Below are positions 35,172 to 43,281 of a DNA stretch of 64,000 bases, in pieces. Positions within the stretch are counted from its first letter, which is position 1. Each line of letters starts with the position of its first letter. The DNA is from a virus. The position numbers and the translations under genes were made by a program. Where the stretch lies: the IMG/VR virus record IMGVR_UViG_3300045988_135095, one strand, 5' to 3'. The notes beneath the pieces are model-generated. The model searched no databases. It was not told the DNA's origin and saw only the letters and a program-made list of their open reading frames with translations.

Positions 35172-35184
35172 TGCCCCGAAGGCA
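35172..35184 (-). repeat. Intercistronic hairpin (UUCG-type) + leader unit
   Basis: The minus strand reads TGCC-TTCGG-GGCA, then TAAATAATAGAAGT-ATG. Confidence 0.55.
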
Positions 35185-35185
35185 A

Positions 35186-35686
35186 TTAATAATTGCGTAT
35201 TATCTCAACTTTCCACTCCTTAGAAGAGAACTTCTTTTTGAGGTTTTTAATTAAACTCTCGATCTCTTGAAGAGATTCAAAGGCATTAACTAAATCACCT
35301 ACTTGATACCAATAGTCCCATCTGTCTGGTTGTTCGTCTTTCTCCTTTTGAGTGAGAGGTCTGACAAACTCCCCTTTGATGGATTTATACTCATTCGGAA
35401 TTTCAATCCCTCCCAAATATCCTCCTACAGAACTATTACCACACACATTGCTTACATTAATATACAATTTTGCGTAATAATGTATTGCTCCACCACAAAG
35501 ACCACAAAAAGAACTAATTTCGATATTCATGAGTCTTTTTTTGTCTTTAGTATAGCTACCCATAGTTGTATATGTTTTACCAGAGAGATTAAACTGAAAT
35601 CCTTCTCCAATATTCTGAGGAATAGCCCCAGTTATCTTAGATATATCAAATCCATTTTCTATTCGTAAATAGCTGTTTGTATTCAT
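35186..35686 (-). CDS. Hypothetical protein
   Basis: 166-aa ORF. Confidence 0.55.
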   Translation of the reverse strand: MNTNSYLRIENGFDISKITGAIPQNIGEGFQFNLSGKTYTTMGSYTKDKKRLMNIEISSFCGLCGGAIHYYAKLYINVSNVCGNSSVGGYLGGIEIPNEYKSIKGEFVRPLTQKEKDEQPDRWDYWYQVGDLVNAFESLQEIESLIKNLKKKFSSKEWKVEIIRNY

Positions 35687-35702
35687 ACGCTTTGCTTCTT
35701 AT

Positions 35703-35712
35703 GCCCGAAGGC
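35703..35712 (-). repeat. Intercistronic hairpin (UUCG tetraloop)
   Basis: The minus strand reads GCC-TTCG-GGC, then ATAAGAAGCAAAGCGT-ATG. Confidence 0.5.
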
Positions 35713-35720
35713 GTTATAAA

Positions 35721-35987
35721 CTAATGTGAAAAAATATTTTTATCACCTAAATCTTTTAATGCTATATCCTTACACTTTTGGCAAAGAAATTTGTTTCCCA
35801 TGCCTTTGTCAAAACACGCTAAAGAAATAAAATCTTCTGGTTGGAATTTGTGCCCACAGCAAAAGCAAGTCTTTTGTACTGACAAATTAGAACTCTCACG
35901 CAACTCTTTAAAATGTGCAAACGTCCCAAAGTAGTGTCCTTTTTCACACCCTACAGCTTTGTAGACTTTCTTAATTATTACTTCCAT
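35721..35987 (-). CDS. Cys-rich (zinc-finger-like) protein
   Basis: 88 aa with ..CEKGH..CFCCGH..CQKC.. Confidence 0.55.
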   Translation of the reverse strand: MEVIIKKVYKAVGCEKGHYFGTFAHFKELRESSNLSVQKTCFCCGHKFQPEDFISLACFDKGMGNKFLCQKCKDIALKDLGDKNIFSH

Positions 35988-35989
35988 AC

Positions 35990-36385
35990 CTACACCTCCA
36001 TTTCGTGATTAATACATAGACCAAAGAGAAGGTGCTGGAGTTCGTGGATATAATGTATCTCCATTATAAAGATTCTGTTAATAGCAACGTATATATTTTC
36101 GCTAAGCTCTATTGTTAAGCGAATATTGTTAACGTTTTTCTCAAAGAATTTCTCATATAATTTCTCCCATCCATTCTTCTTTAAAATCTCAGGAGTGAGA
36201 GGAATCGGACGAATAGCATTATTACTAATAGAGTATGTTGTACTACTATCGTTTAACATGACTACCTTAAGAAAGCCACCACTCAATGAAGATATTACTT
36301 TGAATATTTTATCTTTAGCAAATTGAAGTGCTGACTCCTTTACCATCACCAAATCACCTGGTATATATTCTAATTTATTATCCAT
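35990..36385 (-). CDS. Hypothetical protein
   Basis: 131-aa ORF, 2 nt from the next gene. Confidence 0.55.
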   Translation of the reverse strand: MDNKLEYIPGDLVMVKESALQFAKDKIFKVISSLSGGFLKVVMLNDSSTTYSISNNAIRPIPLTPEILKKNGWEKLYEKFFEKNVNNIRLTIELSENIYVAINRIFIMEIHYIHELQHLLFGLCINHEMEV

Positions 36386-36390
36386 ACGCT

Positions 36391-36555
36391 TTACTTTTCA
36401 AATAACACGAATTTCCCATTTTCAATACCGATTGATTTAATACCTTTCGTACAATATTCAGTATCTCCGTGAGGGTTAATAACATATTCTCTTTTTATAC
36501 AAACATCGCTTTCTGGCTTTGTTAGCAATATTTCTGTTAATTCTTTTGCTTTCAT
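36391..36555 (-). CDS. Mini-gene (54 aa)
   Basis: Hand translation MKAKELTEILLTKPESDVCIKREYVINPHGDTEYCTKGIKSIGIENGKFVLFEK. The junction downstream reads TAAAGCGTATG. Confidence 0.4.
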   Translation of the reverse strand: MKAKELTEILLTKPESDVCIKREYVINPHGDTEYCTKGIKSIGIENGKFVLFEK

Positions 36556-36586
36556 ATTATTATCTATTTATGCCCGATGTCGTTAA

Positions 36587-36754
36587 TCAATATCGTTTAA
36601 AGAAACCTTTTCCGTATCTCTTGGAATTCTTACTAACTTTCTTTTTCCATTTTATACAGATAGGGCACTCATTTGGATTTCTATCGATATCACAATGACT
36701 ATGCACTTCTCCTTTTCCTGGTATTTTATGAATACATGTACTATGTGGACACAT
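36587..36754 (-). CDS. Mini-gene (55 aa), Cys/His-rich
   Basis: Hand translation MCPHSTCIHKIPGKGEVHSHCDIDRNPNECPICIKWKKKVSKNSKRYGKGFFKRY. Confidence 0.4.
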   Translation of the reverse strand: MCPHSTCIHKIPGKGEVHSHCDIDRNPNECPICIKWKKKVSKNSKRYGKGFFKRY

Positions 36755-36759
36755 ACGCT

Positions 36760-36990
36760 TTACTTTTTACGATGATTAAACTTTTTTATGGCGTCCCTCT
36801 TAGAAGCAGCCATAATCTTAACACCCTTGATTGTAAACTCATGCTGTGCCTTTGGCTGACACTTCTGTTTGTCAGAAGGAATGTTGCCTTTCGGAACATT
36901 GAATCTAATACGTGGAAGACCAAAAGGAAAATCACTCATTTGGTATTCCATTTCAGTTTTCATACCAATTATTGATAGTAGTCCATTCAT
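36760..36990 (-). CDS. Hypothetical protein
   Basis: 76-aa ORF with the TAAAGCGTATG junction downstream. Confidence 0.5.
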   Translation of the reverse strand: MNGLLSIIGMKTEMEYQMSDFPFGLPRIRFNVPKGNIPSDKQKCQPKAQHEFTIKGVKIMAASKRDAIKKFNHRKK

Positions 36991-37205
36991 AATCTACCCT
37001 TTCTTTTTCTAAGTTCTAACATTCTCCTAGTTCTACGGCTTTCCTTGCCACTAGGAGGAATGCCACCAAGCTTTACTTCTGGGATTTCATAATTCATATA
37101 GTTGGAAGCTTCTTCATTGAGCGCCTTAACTACTTCTTTAATCAAGGCTTCTTTAAGTGATACACCAGTTGGTGTTACAATTATCTTTGCATCGTCTCTA
37201 ATCAT
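36987..37205 (-). CDS. Hypothetical protein
   Basis: 72-aa ORF with ATGA overlaps on both sides. Confidence 0.5.
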   Translation of the reverse strand: MIRDDAKIIVTPTGVSLKEALIKEVVKALNEEASNYMNYEIPEVKLGGIPPSGKESRRTRRMLELRKRKGRL

Positions 37206-38194
37206 TGCTCACCTCCTTCCCAATCATCAGTCGTTCCTAGTAGATGTGCTGTCTCTTCGTTGTAAGGGATACAATACATCCATAAATCTCCTACACATAA
37301 ATACTTACCACTCTGCGTGTAATCAATTTCTTTTCGTGTAAGACGAGCAAAGAAATCAGCTTCCCAAGTATCATCCTTAGAATTTCGACAAAGCACCTTA
37401 TCAAAAGGTTTAAACTCGACCTTTGGCTTCAAGTCCACAATCATTTTATGCTCACTATCCCAGCGTTTGCCTTCCTTTGCGAGAGCATCAAAGAGTTGCT
37501 GCTTTTCCGAGTCCGTGGCAAATCTTTTAATACGACTTATACGACTAAAAAATTCGCCTTCTACTTGGTTGATATATATATACTCATTACGCATATAAGC
37601 ATGATAATATATCTTTCTAGTTAAACTAATTCCTCTGACAAGAACTATTGTACCCGAATCAGATATTACTATATCTCCCTCCTTGAACTCAGGCTGAGTC
37701 TTCTCAACCTTCAAACTCTCACGGTTCAACTTTCCGCCCAAACGTTCCTCGATGGTGTTGATGTAGGTCTGAGCTTCTTCTTTGTTTGCTTTGTAGAACT
37801 CGGATGTTAGCATGTAGTCTTCATTCTCTTCAAAGTTCACTATACTACCCCCTTCTTCCCATAGATAATTCTTACCATGGAAAGTTTTGTAGGTATCATT
37901 TTCAAACCCTTCGAAGATAATATGTACATTTCCATCTTTGTTAACTAGAATGTCTCCTTTCTTCCATGCGAACTTAGACCAGTATCGCATTTCTTTAGAT
38001 GGGAACAATAGAGGTTCTGCTTCTGCATGATTAAAGTACTTGCCATCATTATAGAAAGAAGATGATTCAGCATGGTGATTTACACTACTATTATAGTATC
38101 TTCGCTGCATATGCTTGAAGTATATACATCTCCAAATAAGGGAGACCACAACTTCGTATTTTAAGATTTTCGCTAAATTAATATTCTTTTCCAT
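37202..38194 (-). CDS. Hypothetical protein with three short beta-rich repeats
   Basis: 330 aa. Repeated K(G/E)D(I/K)(L/V)...... modules: KKGDILVNKDGNVHII, KEGDIVISDSGTIVLV and KPFDKVLCRNSKDD. Confidence 0.6.
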   Translation of the reverse strand: MEKNINLAKILKYEVVVSLIWRCIYFKHMQRRYYNSSVNHHAESSSFYNDGKYFNHAEAEPLLFPSKEMRYWSKFAWKKGDILVNKDGNVHIIFEGFENDTYKTFHGKNYLWEEGGSIVNFEENEDYMLTSEFYKANKEEAQTYINTIEERLGGKLNRESLKVEKTQPEFKEGDIVISDSGTIVLVRGISLTRKIYYHAYMRNEYIYINQVEGEFFSRISRIKRFATDSEKQQLFDALAKEGKRWDSEHKMIVDLKPKVEFKPFDKVLCRNSKDDTWEADFFARLTRKEIDYTQSGKYLCVGDLWMYCIPYNEETAHLLGTTDDWEGGEQ

Positions 38195-38198
38195 ATCA

Positions 38199-38400
38199 TT
38201 AATTTCTCATTATGTGACACTTAATAACCTTATGAACCGCATTTGGCTGAGATTCATTAAAACTATTAATGAACTGACGTTCCATTTCCTTTGGGAAGAT
38301 GGGCTTTGTCGGCTTCCTCATAGTGAGGACGGCTTGAATCTTTGCCCCCCCCATCCAAAGTAAGCAGACATCTGCGAGTAATCATTTCTCCAAACATCAT
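38199..38400 (-). pseudogene. Small gene split by a C8/G8 homopolymer (frameshifted or slippage-dependent)
   Basis: The ATG at 38400 opens a 46-codon frame. A second frame (51 codons) starts at the ATG abutting the G8 run and ends at 38199. The span is 202 nt, so one G fewer would give a single 66-aa ORF filling the gap. Confidence 0.4.
38345..38352. repeat. Poly-C(8) tract
   Basis: CCCCCCCC at 38345-38352. It is the only G/C homopolymer of this length that I noticed in the window. Confidence 0.8.
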
Positions 38401-38404
38401 ATCC

Positions 38405-38644
38405 TTATCCGTTTACATAGTTGATAACGTGCTCCTGGGCTTGCTCATGCAAGTTGTCGAAAGCGTTTTCTATAACTTTTGCTACCTGCTGTCCGTTCAG
38501 ATTGTTTAGCATTTCGCCAACAACTTTTACCTGATGTTCTATAGGTAAAGAACAGAACTCTTCAACAAGGAAGCTTTTCTGATGGTTTTCAGACATATCG
38601 TGAAATAAGTCTGATAAATCTACGTTTGCTTTATATACTGACAT
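38405..38644 (-). CDS. Hypothetical protein
   Basis: 79-aa ORF. Confidence 0.55.
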   Translation of the reverse strand: MSVYKANVDLSDLFHDMSENHQKSFLVEEFCSLPIEHQVKVVGEMLNNLNGQQVAKVIENAFDNLHEQAQEHVINYVNG

Positions 38645-38648
38645 ACTC

Positions 38649-39155
38649 TTAATCGAAAATATGATGGTTCAACTTTCTCTTTCTGAGGTTTCTCTTAATC
38701 ACTTCCATATCCTTGTGGTCGTTAGTGTGGTCCGCAAGAAGCTTGATGATTTCATAGATGTCATTTGCGTTATCCTCCAGGTTGGCGCAAATGCTCTCGT
38801 CACCGAAGAAACTCTTATTAAAGGGTTTCAAATGGAAGTAGTACTTTTTGGCTGCATCCTGCATCTGAGTGTAGTGCATCTTCTGCTCTTGCTTGTACTG
38901 AACGCTTAACAGCCTAAACATGCCCTGTTCATCTTTGATGAGCTGATCCAATACATCTGTTACCATTGCAATCAAGCAGCCATTGACCTGCAGGCGTTGA
39001 ATAATCTTTTCCTGCTTCAAGCCAGATGTTACACCAAGCTCTGAGAGTGTAACCTTCAAATCGTTTACTGTAACTTTCTCTTTTCCCATTGTCTTACATT
39101 TAATTGTCAAACCATAAACCTGCATATCTCCATTCCCAATGAAGGCAAGTGTCAT
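38649..39155 (-). CDS. Hypothetical protein (start uncertain)
   Basis: 168-aa ORF with alternative ATGs at 39125 and 39089. A hairpin AAGGCAAG (39141-39148) / CTTGCCTT (39162-39169) encloses the first ATG. Confidence 0.5.
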   Translation of the reverse strand: MTLAFIGNGDMQVYGLTIKCKTMGKEKVTVNDLKVTLSELGVTSGLKQEKIIQRLQVNGCLIAMVTDVLDQLIKDEQGMFRLLSVQYKQEQKMHYTQMQDAAKKYYFHLKPFNKSFFGDESICANLEDNANDIYEIIKLLADHTNDHKDMEVIKRNLRKRKLNHHIFD

Positions 39156-39221
39156 TAGGCTTCTTGCCTTTACTATAGCATATCTCGGAAGCTATACAAT
39201 TACTACATATATGCTTCATAA

Positions 39222-39602
39222 TCATGGAAGTTTTGATATCATATAATCTAACTCCTTATCTGTAATATCCAGATTGTTCTTACGCTTGAACTTGATGATA
39301 GCATCAATTCCGACCTCGCCTTCAACCAACTGGTAGATGGCATCCTTATCAAATCCCTTGTCTAGAACCTTGATAAGCTCCATTCCCAAATCATGGATTT
39401 TCTGCTGAAACTCCTTTTTGAGGTCTGCGTTAATTCGCTCTAAAGCTTCTGCTTTCTGACTAAATCCGCATCCTCCCTCAATGGCGAAGTCGTTATTGAT
39501 GTTCTGACACATCTGGTCAATGTCCTTGCTACCGAAGAACTGAGCGAAATAGGTATCGCCCTTCAAGGACTGTAGAATATCGATTTCTTCTTGCTTTGTC
39601 AT
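39222..39602 (-). CDS. Hypothetical protein
   Basis: 126-aa ORF. Confidence 0.55.
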   Translation of the reverse strand: MTKQEEIDILQSLKGDTYFAQFFGSKDIDQMCQNINNDFAIEGGCGFSQKAEALERINADLKKEFQQKIHDLGMELIKVLDKGFDKDAIYQLVEGEVGIDAIIKFKRKNNLDITDKELDYMISKLP

Positions 39603-39619
39603 AACTAATCCTCCTTTCT

Positions 39620-40036
39620 TTATTTATCAAATTCTTCACGCAACTCAATAAGTTTGTTTGTGAAATAAACCATAGTTTCTTTCAAAAGTGAAACCATGTC
39701 TTTGTGATTGAGTATGTCGCCAACCGCTGTGTAGTACTTAAGATTATCGTTCGCCTCAATAAGGTCAAATTCTCCACAGCTTGCCACATTGGTGTTGAAA
39801 GACTCTTCCTGGAAGAAGCCATTTTTTTTCTGGTAACGAATCACCAGGCTTCTGTTTCTTTCGACTCCTTTTAAATTCAAACAAACGTTAAGTGACTTAA
39901 AACCAAAATCGATATATTCTACCTCCCAATCAGGACAAACTGAAATTACATTAATAATCTTAATCTTGGCTGACTCAAGTGTATTCTTGATGTTCTTTCT
40001 AACCTCTTCCTTCTTTGTTTCAACTGAATTGTTCAT
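39620..40036 (-). CDS. Hypothetical protein (first gene after cassette copy 2)
   Basis: 138-aa ORF whose ATG directly follows the conserved leader. Confidence 0.6.
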   Translation of the reverse strand: MNNSVETKKEEVRKNIKNTLESAKIKIINVISVCPDWEVEYIDFGFKSLNVCLNLKGVERNRSLVIRYQKKNGFFQEESFNTNVASCGEFDLIEANDNLKYYTAVGDILNHKDMVSLLKETMVYFTNKLIELREEFDK

Positions 40037-40179
40037 AATCTTTTATAATTTTAATTGGTTCAACTTATAAGGTAGGCTCTGAATAGTCAAAAGTACTACC
40101 TTTATCTATATGCAAAGGTACGAAAATTTTCTGATATATGCAAATATACCAATGATTATTTTAGTTAAAAATACTAAAA
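40037..40179 (-). promoter_or_regulatory. Promoter/leader cassette, copy 2
   Basis: The minus strand reads TATATTTGCATATA (plus 40141-40148) ...22 nt... TACCTTTGCATATAG (plus 40113-40120). This is followed by AAAGGTAGTACTTTT and the leader GTTGAACCAATTAAAATTATAAAAGATT-ATG. Confidence 0.7.
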
Positions 40180-40205
40180 CCATTAAATATATGCGAATAT
40201 ATCCG

Positions 40206-40213
40206 TAATTTTG
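40206..40213 (+). promoter_or_regulatory. -7 box TAATTTTG for the portal operon
   Basis: A TAnnTTTG match 22 nt upstream of the portal ATG, divergent from cassette copy 2. Confidence 0.5.
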
Positions 40214-40235
40214 CCAAATCAAAACTTCGAAGATT

Positions 40236-41651
40236 ATGATAGATTTTAATGAACTTTTTAAAAGAAATGACGTTGGCAGCATCATAGGAGAGCTGAAACA
40301 ACGCGTGTTGGATATTCCACTTTGGAGTACCCTGTTATCTGAGTATGAGCCTATGCTACATGAAATCGTAAACGACCACGTTGGCAGACAGGACAGAACT
40401 CTTGATGACGGAATTGTAGAAAAGGCAGCTAGATTGCCTGTCGGATTGGAGAAGCTTCTTACACGAAGAATCTCTGAGTTCACAATGGCTATACCGGTCA
40501 AGCGTGTATATACGTATGATCAGGCTGACGAGGAACTGAAGACGATTGTGCGTGCCATCGAGAAAATCTACACCTGTGCACACATTGATGCCGTGAACAT
40601 GCACAGAGCAAAGTGCTATTACGCCTCTTGTCAGATGTTTACACTTTGGTACACGCAGAAGAAGCCTAACAAGCTCTACGGGTTCAACAGTCAGTACAAA
40701 CTGAAATGCAAGACATTCTCTCCAATGGACGGAGTTGACATCTATCCTTACTTTGATGAGTATGACGACTTGCTTGCTCTGTCATTCGAGTATAAGCGTA
40801 AGGTTACTGACACAGAGCACACCTTCTTCGAGACCTATACCGCAGACCATCATTACAAGTGGGACCTGTCTTCAGACGACGAAGAGTCCGGATGGAATTT
40901 GGTGGATGATAATGAGATTTCTATCGACAAGATTCCAGCCGTGTTCTGGTACCGGCACAAGCCATGCTGGGAAGGATTGAAACCTATCCGTGAGAATATC
41001 GAGTACACCATTTCCCGAAACAGCGATGTTGTGGCATACAATTCCGCTCCTGTCTTGAAGATTGCCGGTGCCATCGTTGGAATGGAGCGAAAGGGAGAGA
41101 GCAAGAGGGTGTATAGAGTCAGCGAAGACGGCGATGTTAGCTACGTGTCTTGGCAGCAGGCTATCGAGGCTCTTAAGTATCACGTTGACACTCTCGTCAA
41201 GCTTTTCTTCATGCAGTCTCAGATGCCGGACATCAGTTTCGAGAATATGAAGAGCCTTGGCAATATCGGCTATGATTCAAGAAAGACACTCCTCATGGAT
41301 GCCCATCTTAAGATAGGAGAGGAGACTGGTGCCTGGATTGAAGGCTTCGAGAGAGAGGCCAACGTCATAAAGGCGTTCCTTTCCAAGATGAACACGAAAT
41401 GGGCAGCTAGAATGGATGAGATTACTGTAGAGCACATTATCACTCCATTCATCCAGGAGGATGAGAATACCCAGATTGACAAATGGCTTAAGGCTAACGG
41501 CAACAAGCCTCTCGTCAGCCAGAAGGAATCTATTCAGCGTGCCGGTCTTTCCGATGATCCTGACAAGACTTTCAACGAGATTCAAGGAGAAGAGGAAGTA
41601 GAGGCCACAAGAACAGCAGCTTCTATGCCTAACTTATTCTCGGAGGAATAG
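40236..41651 (+). CDS. Portal protein (SPP1 gp6-like)
   Basis: 471 aa followed by a MuF-like gene. Overall resemblance to SPP1-type portals, judged by eye. Confidence 0.8.
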   Translation: MIDFNELFKRNDVGSIIGELKQRVLDIPLWSTLLSEYEPMLHEIVNDHVGRQDRTLDDGIVEKAARLPVGLEKLLTRRISEFTMAIPVKRVYTYDQADEELKTIVRAIEKIYTCAHIDAVNMHRAKCYYASCQMFTLWYTQKKPNKLYGFNSQYKLKCKTFSPMDGVDIYPYFDEYDDLLALSFEYKRKVTDTEHTFFETYTADHHYKWDLSSDDEESGWNLVDDNEISIDKIPAVFWYRHKPCWEGLKPIRENIEYTISRNSDVVAYNSAPVLKIAGAIVGMERKGESKRVYRVSEDGDVSYVSWQQAIEALKYHVDTLVKLFFMQSQMPDISFENMKSLGNIGYDSRKTLLMDAHLKIGEETGAWIEGFEREANVIKAFLSKMNTKWAARMDEITVEHIITPFIQEDENTQIDKWLKANGNKPLVSQKESIQRAGLSDDPDKTFNEIQGEEEVEATRTAASMPNLFSEE

Positions 41652-41653
41652 CC

Positions 41654-41848
41654 ATGAGAAAGAAGAAGGAAGAAGAGAAACTGCACTTTTGCCGTGAATG
41701 TGCTCATGCTACTGACTTTCATAGTATGAGCCTTAAAGGTCAGCCTATCCTAGCCAAATGCCCATATCAAGAATGGAGCGTTCTTCTCAACTGGGATTGC
41801 TGCCAACACTTTAAAATGAAATTGTATGAAAAAGCCAAAACTGCCTAA
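41654..41848 (+). CDS. Small Cys-rich protein
   Basis: 64 aa with CRECAH...CPYQEW...WDCCQHF, lying between the portal and MuF genes. Confidence 0.5.
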   Translation: MRKKKEEEKLHFCRECAHATDFHSMSLKGQPILAKCPYQEWSVLLNWDCCQHFKMKLYEKAKTA

Positions 41849-43208
41849 TCAGAAAAAGGCATATAAAGACCTTGGCAAGAGACTGAACGCTTATACCCGG
41901 AAAATCATTTCCATATATGAGACTCTTGCCAAGGAGTCCGCTAAAATCGCCACCTCCACCGACTTCGATGGGGATGGCGAGTTCTCTTTTGATGATTACC
42001 CTAGAACAGAAAGGAAGGTAAACGCCTTGTTGGATTACTATTCAAACAATATGCAGGCCTTGGTCTATAATGGCATATCGGACGAATGGAAGAATAGTAA
42101 CACCCTGCAGGACCTACTTGCCAAAAGGGTAATCGGCACCTTTACTAGGAAGATAGCGGACGCAAAGCAGAAAGCTTACTTTGAGCACAACAACGCGGCA
42201 AAGAAGGCTTTCATGGAGAGAAAGATTAAAGGTCTAGGTCTTTCAGAAAGAATATGGAACCAGAGAGCTGATGTAAAGGAGGCTCTGGAGAAATCTCTGT
42301 CTGTCGGCATAGAGAAGGGTATGAGTGCTGTTAAACTCAGCAAGAAGGTCAGCAAGTACCTTAATGATTATCCATCACTTGCCAAAGACTATAAGAAGAA
42401 ATACGGCAAAGCCATAACTATTCAGAACTGCGAGTACAGAAGCGTTCGCCTGGCACGTAACGAGATAAACATGGCCTACCGTTCTGCCGAGCAAGAAAGA
42501 TGGGCAAGGATGGACTACATTAAAGGCAAGGAAATAAAGACTACCAACAACCCAAGTCATAAGCACGATATGTGTGATTTGCTTGCAGGTGTCTATCCGA
42601 GTTATTTTCCTTGGGTTGGTTGGCACGTAAATTGTATGTGCTATGCCATCCCGGTAATAATGAGCGAGAAAGAGTATTGGAGTGGGAAACAGCCAAGCAA
42701 TGCTATGCCTAAGAACTTCACAAATTGGGTGAATGACAATAAAGACAAGGTGAAGCAATCATCCTATATCACCCAATACGCTCGCTCTGAAAGGTCACAA
42801 AGGCAAGTTCGAATAGCTGCACAGAACTCACCAGAGGTGAGGGAAAGACTTCGAGAATTCATTAATGAGACAATGCAAACAAAATTTAAAGAGGTAGAGC
42901 TACCAGACGGTCAAACGGCTAGAAGGCTTTATCTCAATAATAATAATGAGGAATTTGTGGTAGGACGAAATTTCTTTTCTGAAACGATGGCAAAGAATAT
43001 TAGAAATAGAAGACTTAGCGAAACAATACAAATTGCAGCCGATGTAAACGAATGGTTTCCTACAGCAACATTTGACAGGATTGAGGAAGGTAACCATCAT
43101 GATTTTCAGTTCAAAGTATTCCATGCTACTTATCAAGGAAAACGAATAGAATGTAAGGCTAAACTTACAAGTGAAAATATCCTTTATACTATGAGATTAC
43201 TAAACTAA
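41826..43208 (+). CDS. Head morphogenesis protein (MuF / SPP1 gp7-like) with C-terminal extension
   Basis: 460 aa. MuF-type core ..SVRLARNEINMAYRSAEQERW..HKHDMCD.. A further ~150 aa of unassigned sequence follows it. Confidence 0.8.
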   Translation: MKKPKLPNQKKAYKDLGKRLNAYTRKIISIYETLAKESAKIATSTDFDGDGEFSFDDYPRTERKVNALLDYYSNNMQALVYNGISDEWKNSNTLQDLLAKRVIGTFTRKIADAKQKAYFEHNNAAKKAFMERKIKGLGLSERIWNQRADVKEALEKSLSVGIEKGMSAVKLSKKVSKYLNDYPSLAKDYKKKYGKAITIQNCEYRSVRLARNEINMAYRSAEQERWARMDYIKGKEIKTTNNPSHKHDMCDLLAGVYPSYFPWVGWHVNCMCYAIPVIMSEKEYWSGKQPSNAMPKNFTNWVNDNKDKVKQSSYITQYARSERSQRQVRIAAQNSPEVRERLREFINETMQTKFKEVELPDGQTARRLYLNNNNEEFVVGRNFFSETMAKNIRNRRLSETIQIAADVNEWFPTATFDRIEEGNHHDFQFKVFHATYQGKRIECKAKLTSENILYTMRLLN

Positions 43209-43215
43209 AAAAACA

Positions 43216-43281
43216 AGGGATTGGAAACCCTCCCGAAGTCTGCATCCGAAGACCGACGTGTGAGAGGTCTATCCAATCCCT
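43216..43281. terminator. Long structured bidirectional terminator
   Basis: Outer stem AGGGATTGGA (43216-43225) / TCCAATCCCT (43272-43281). The interior carries two CTTCGG (UUCG) motifs on the minus strand. An A7 run lies upstream and a T-rich run downstream. It sits between convergent operons. Confidence 0.7.

Noticed and set aside
40106-40501. 131-aa minus-strand ORF spanning the promoter cassette and the portal start
   Set aside because: It runs through a repeated non-coding cassette and is antisense to the portal N-terminus. Other cassette copies do not preserve the frame.
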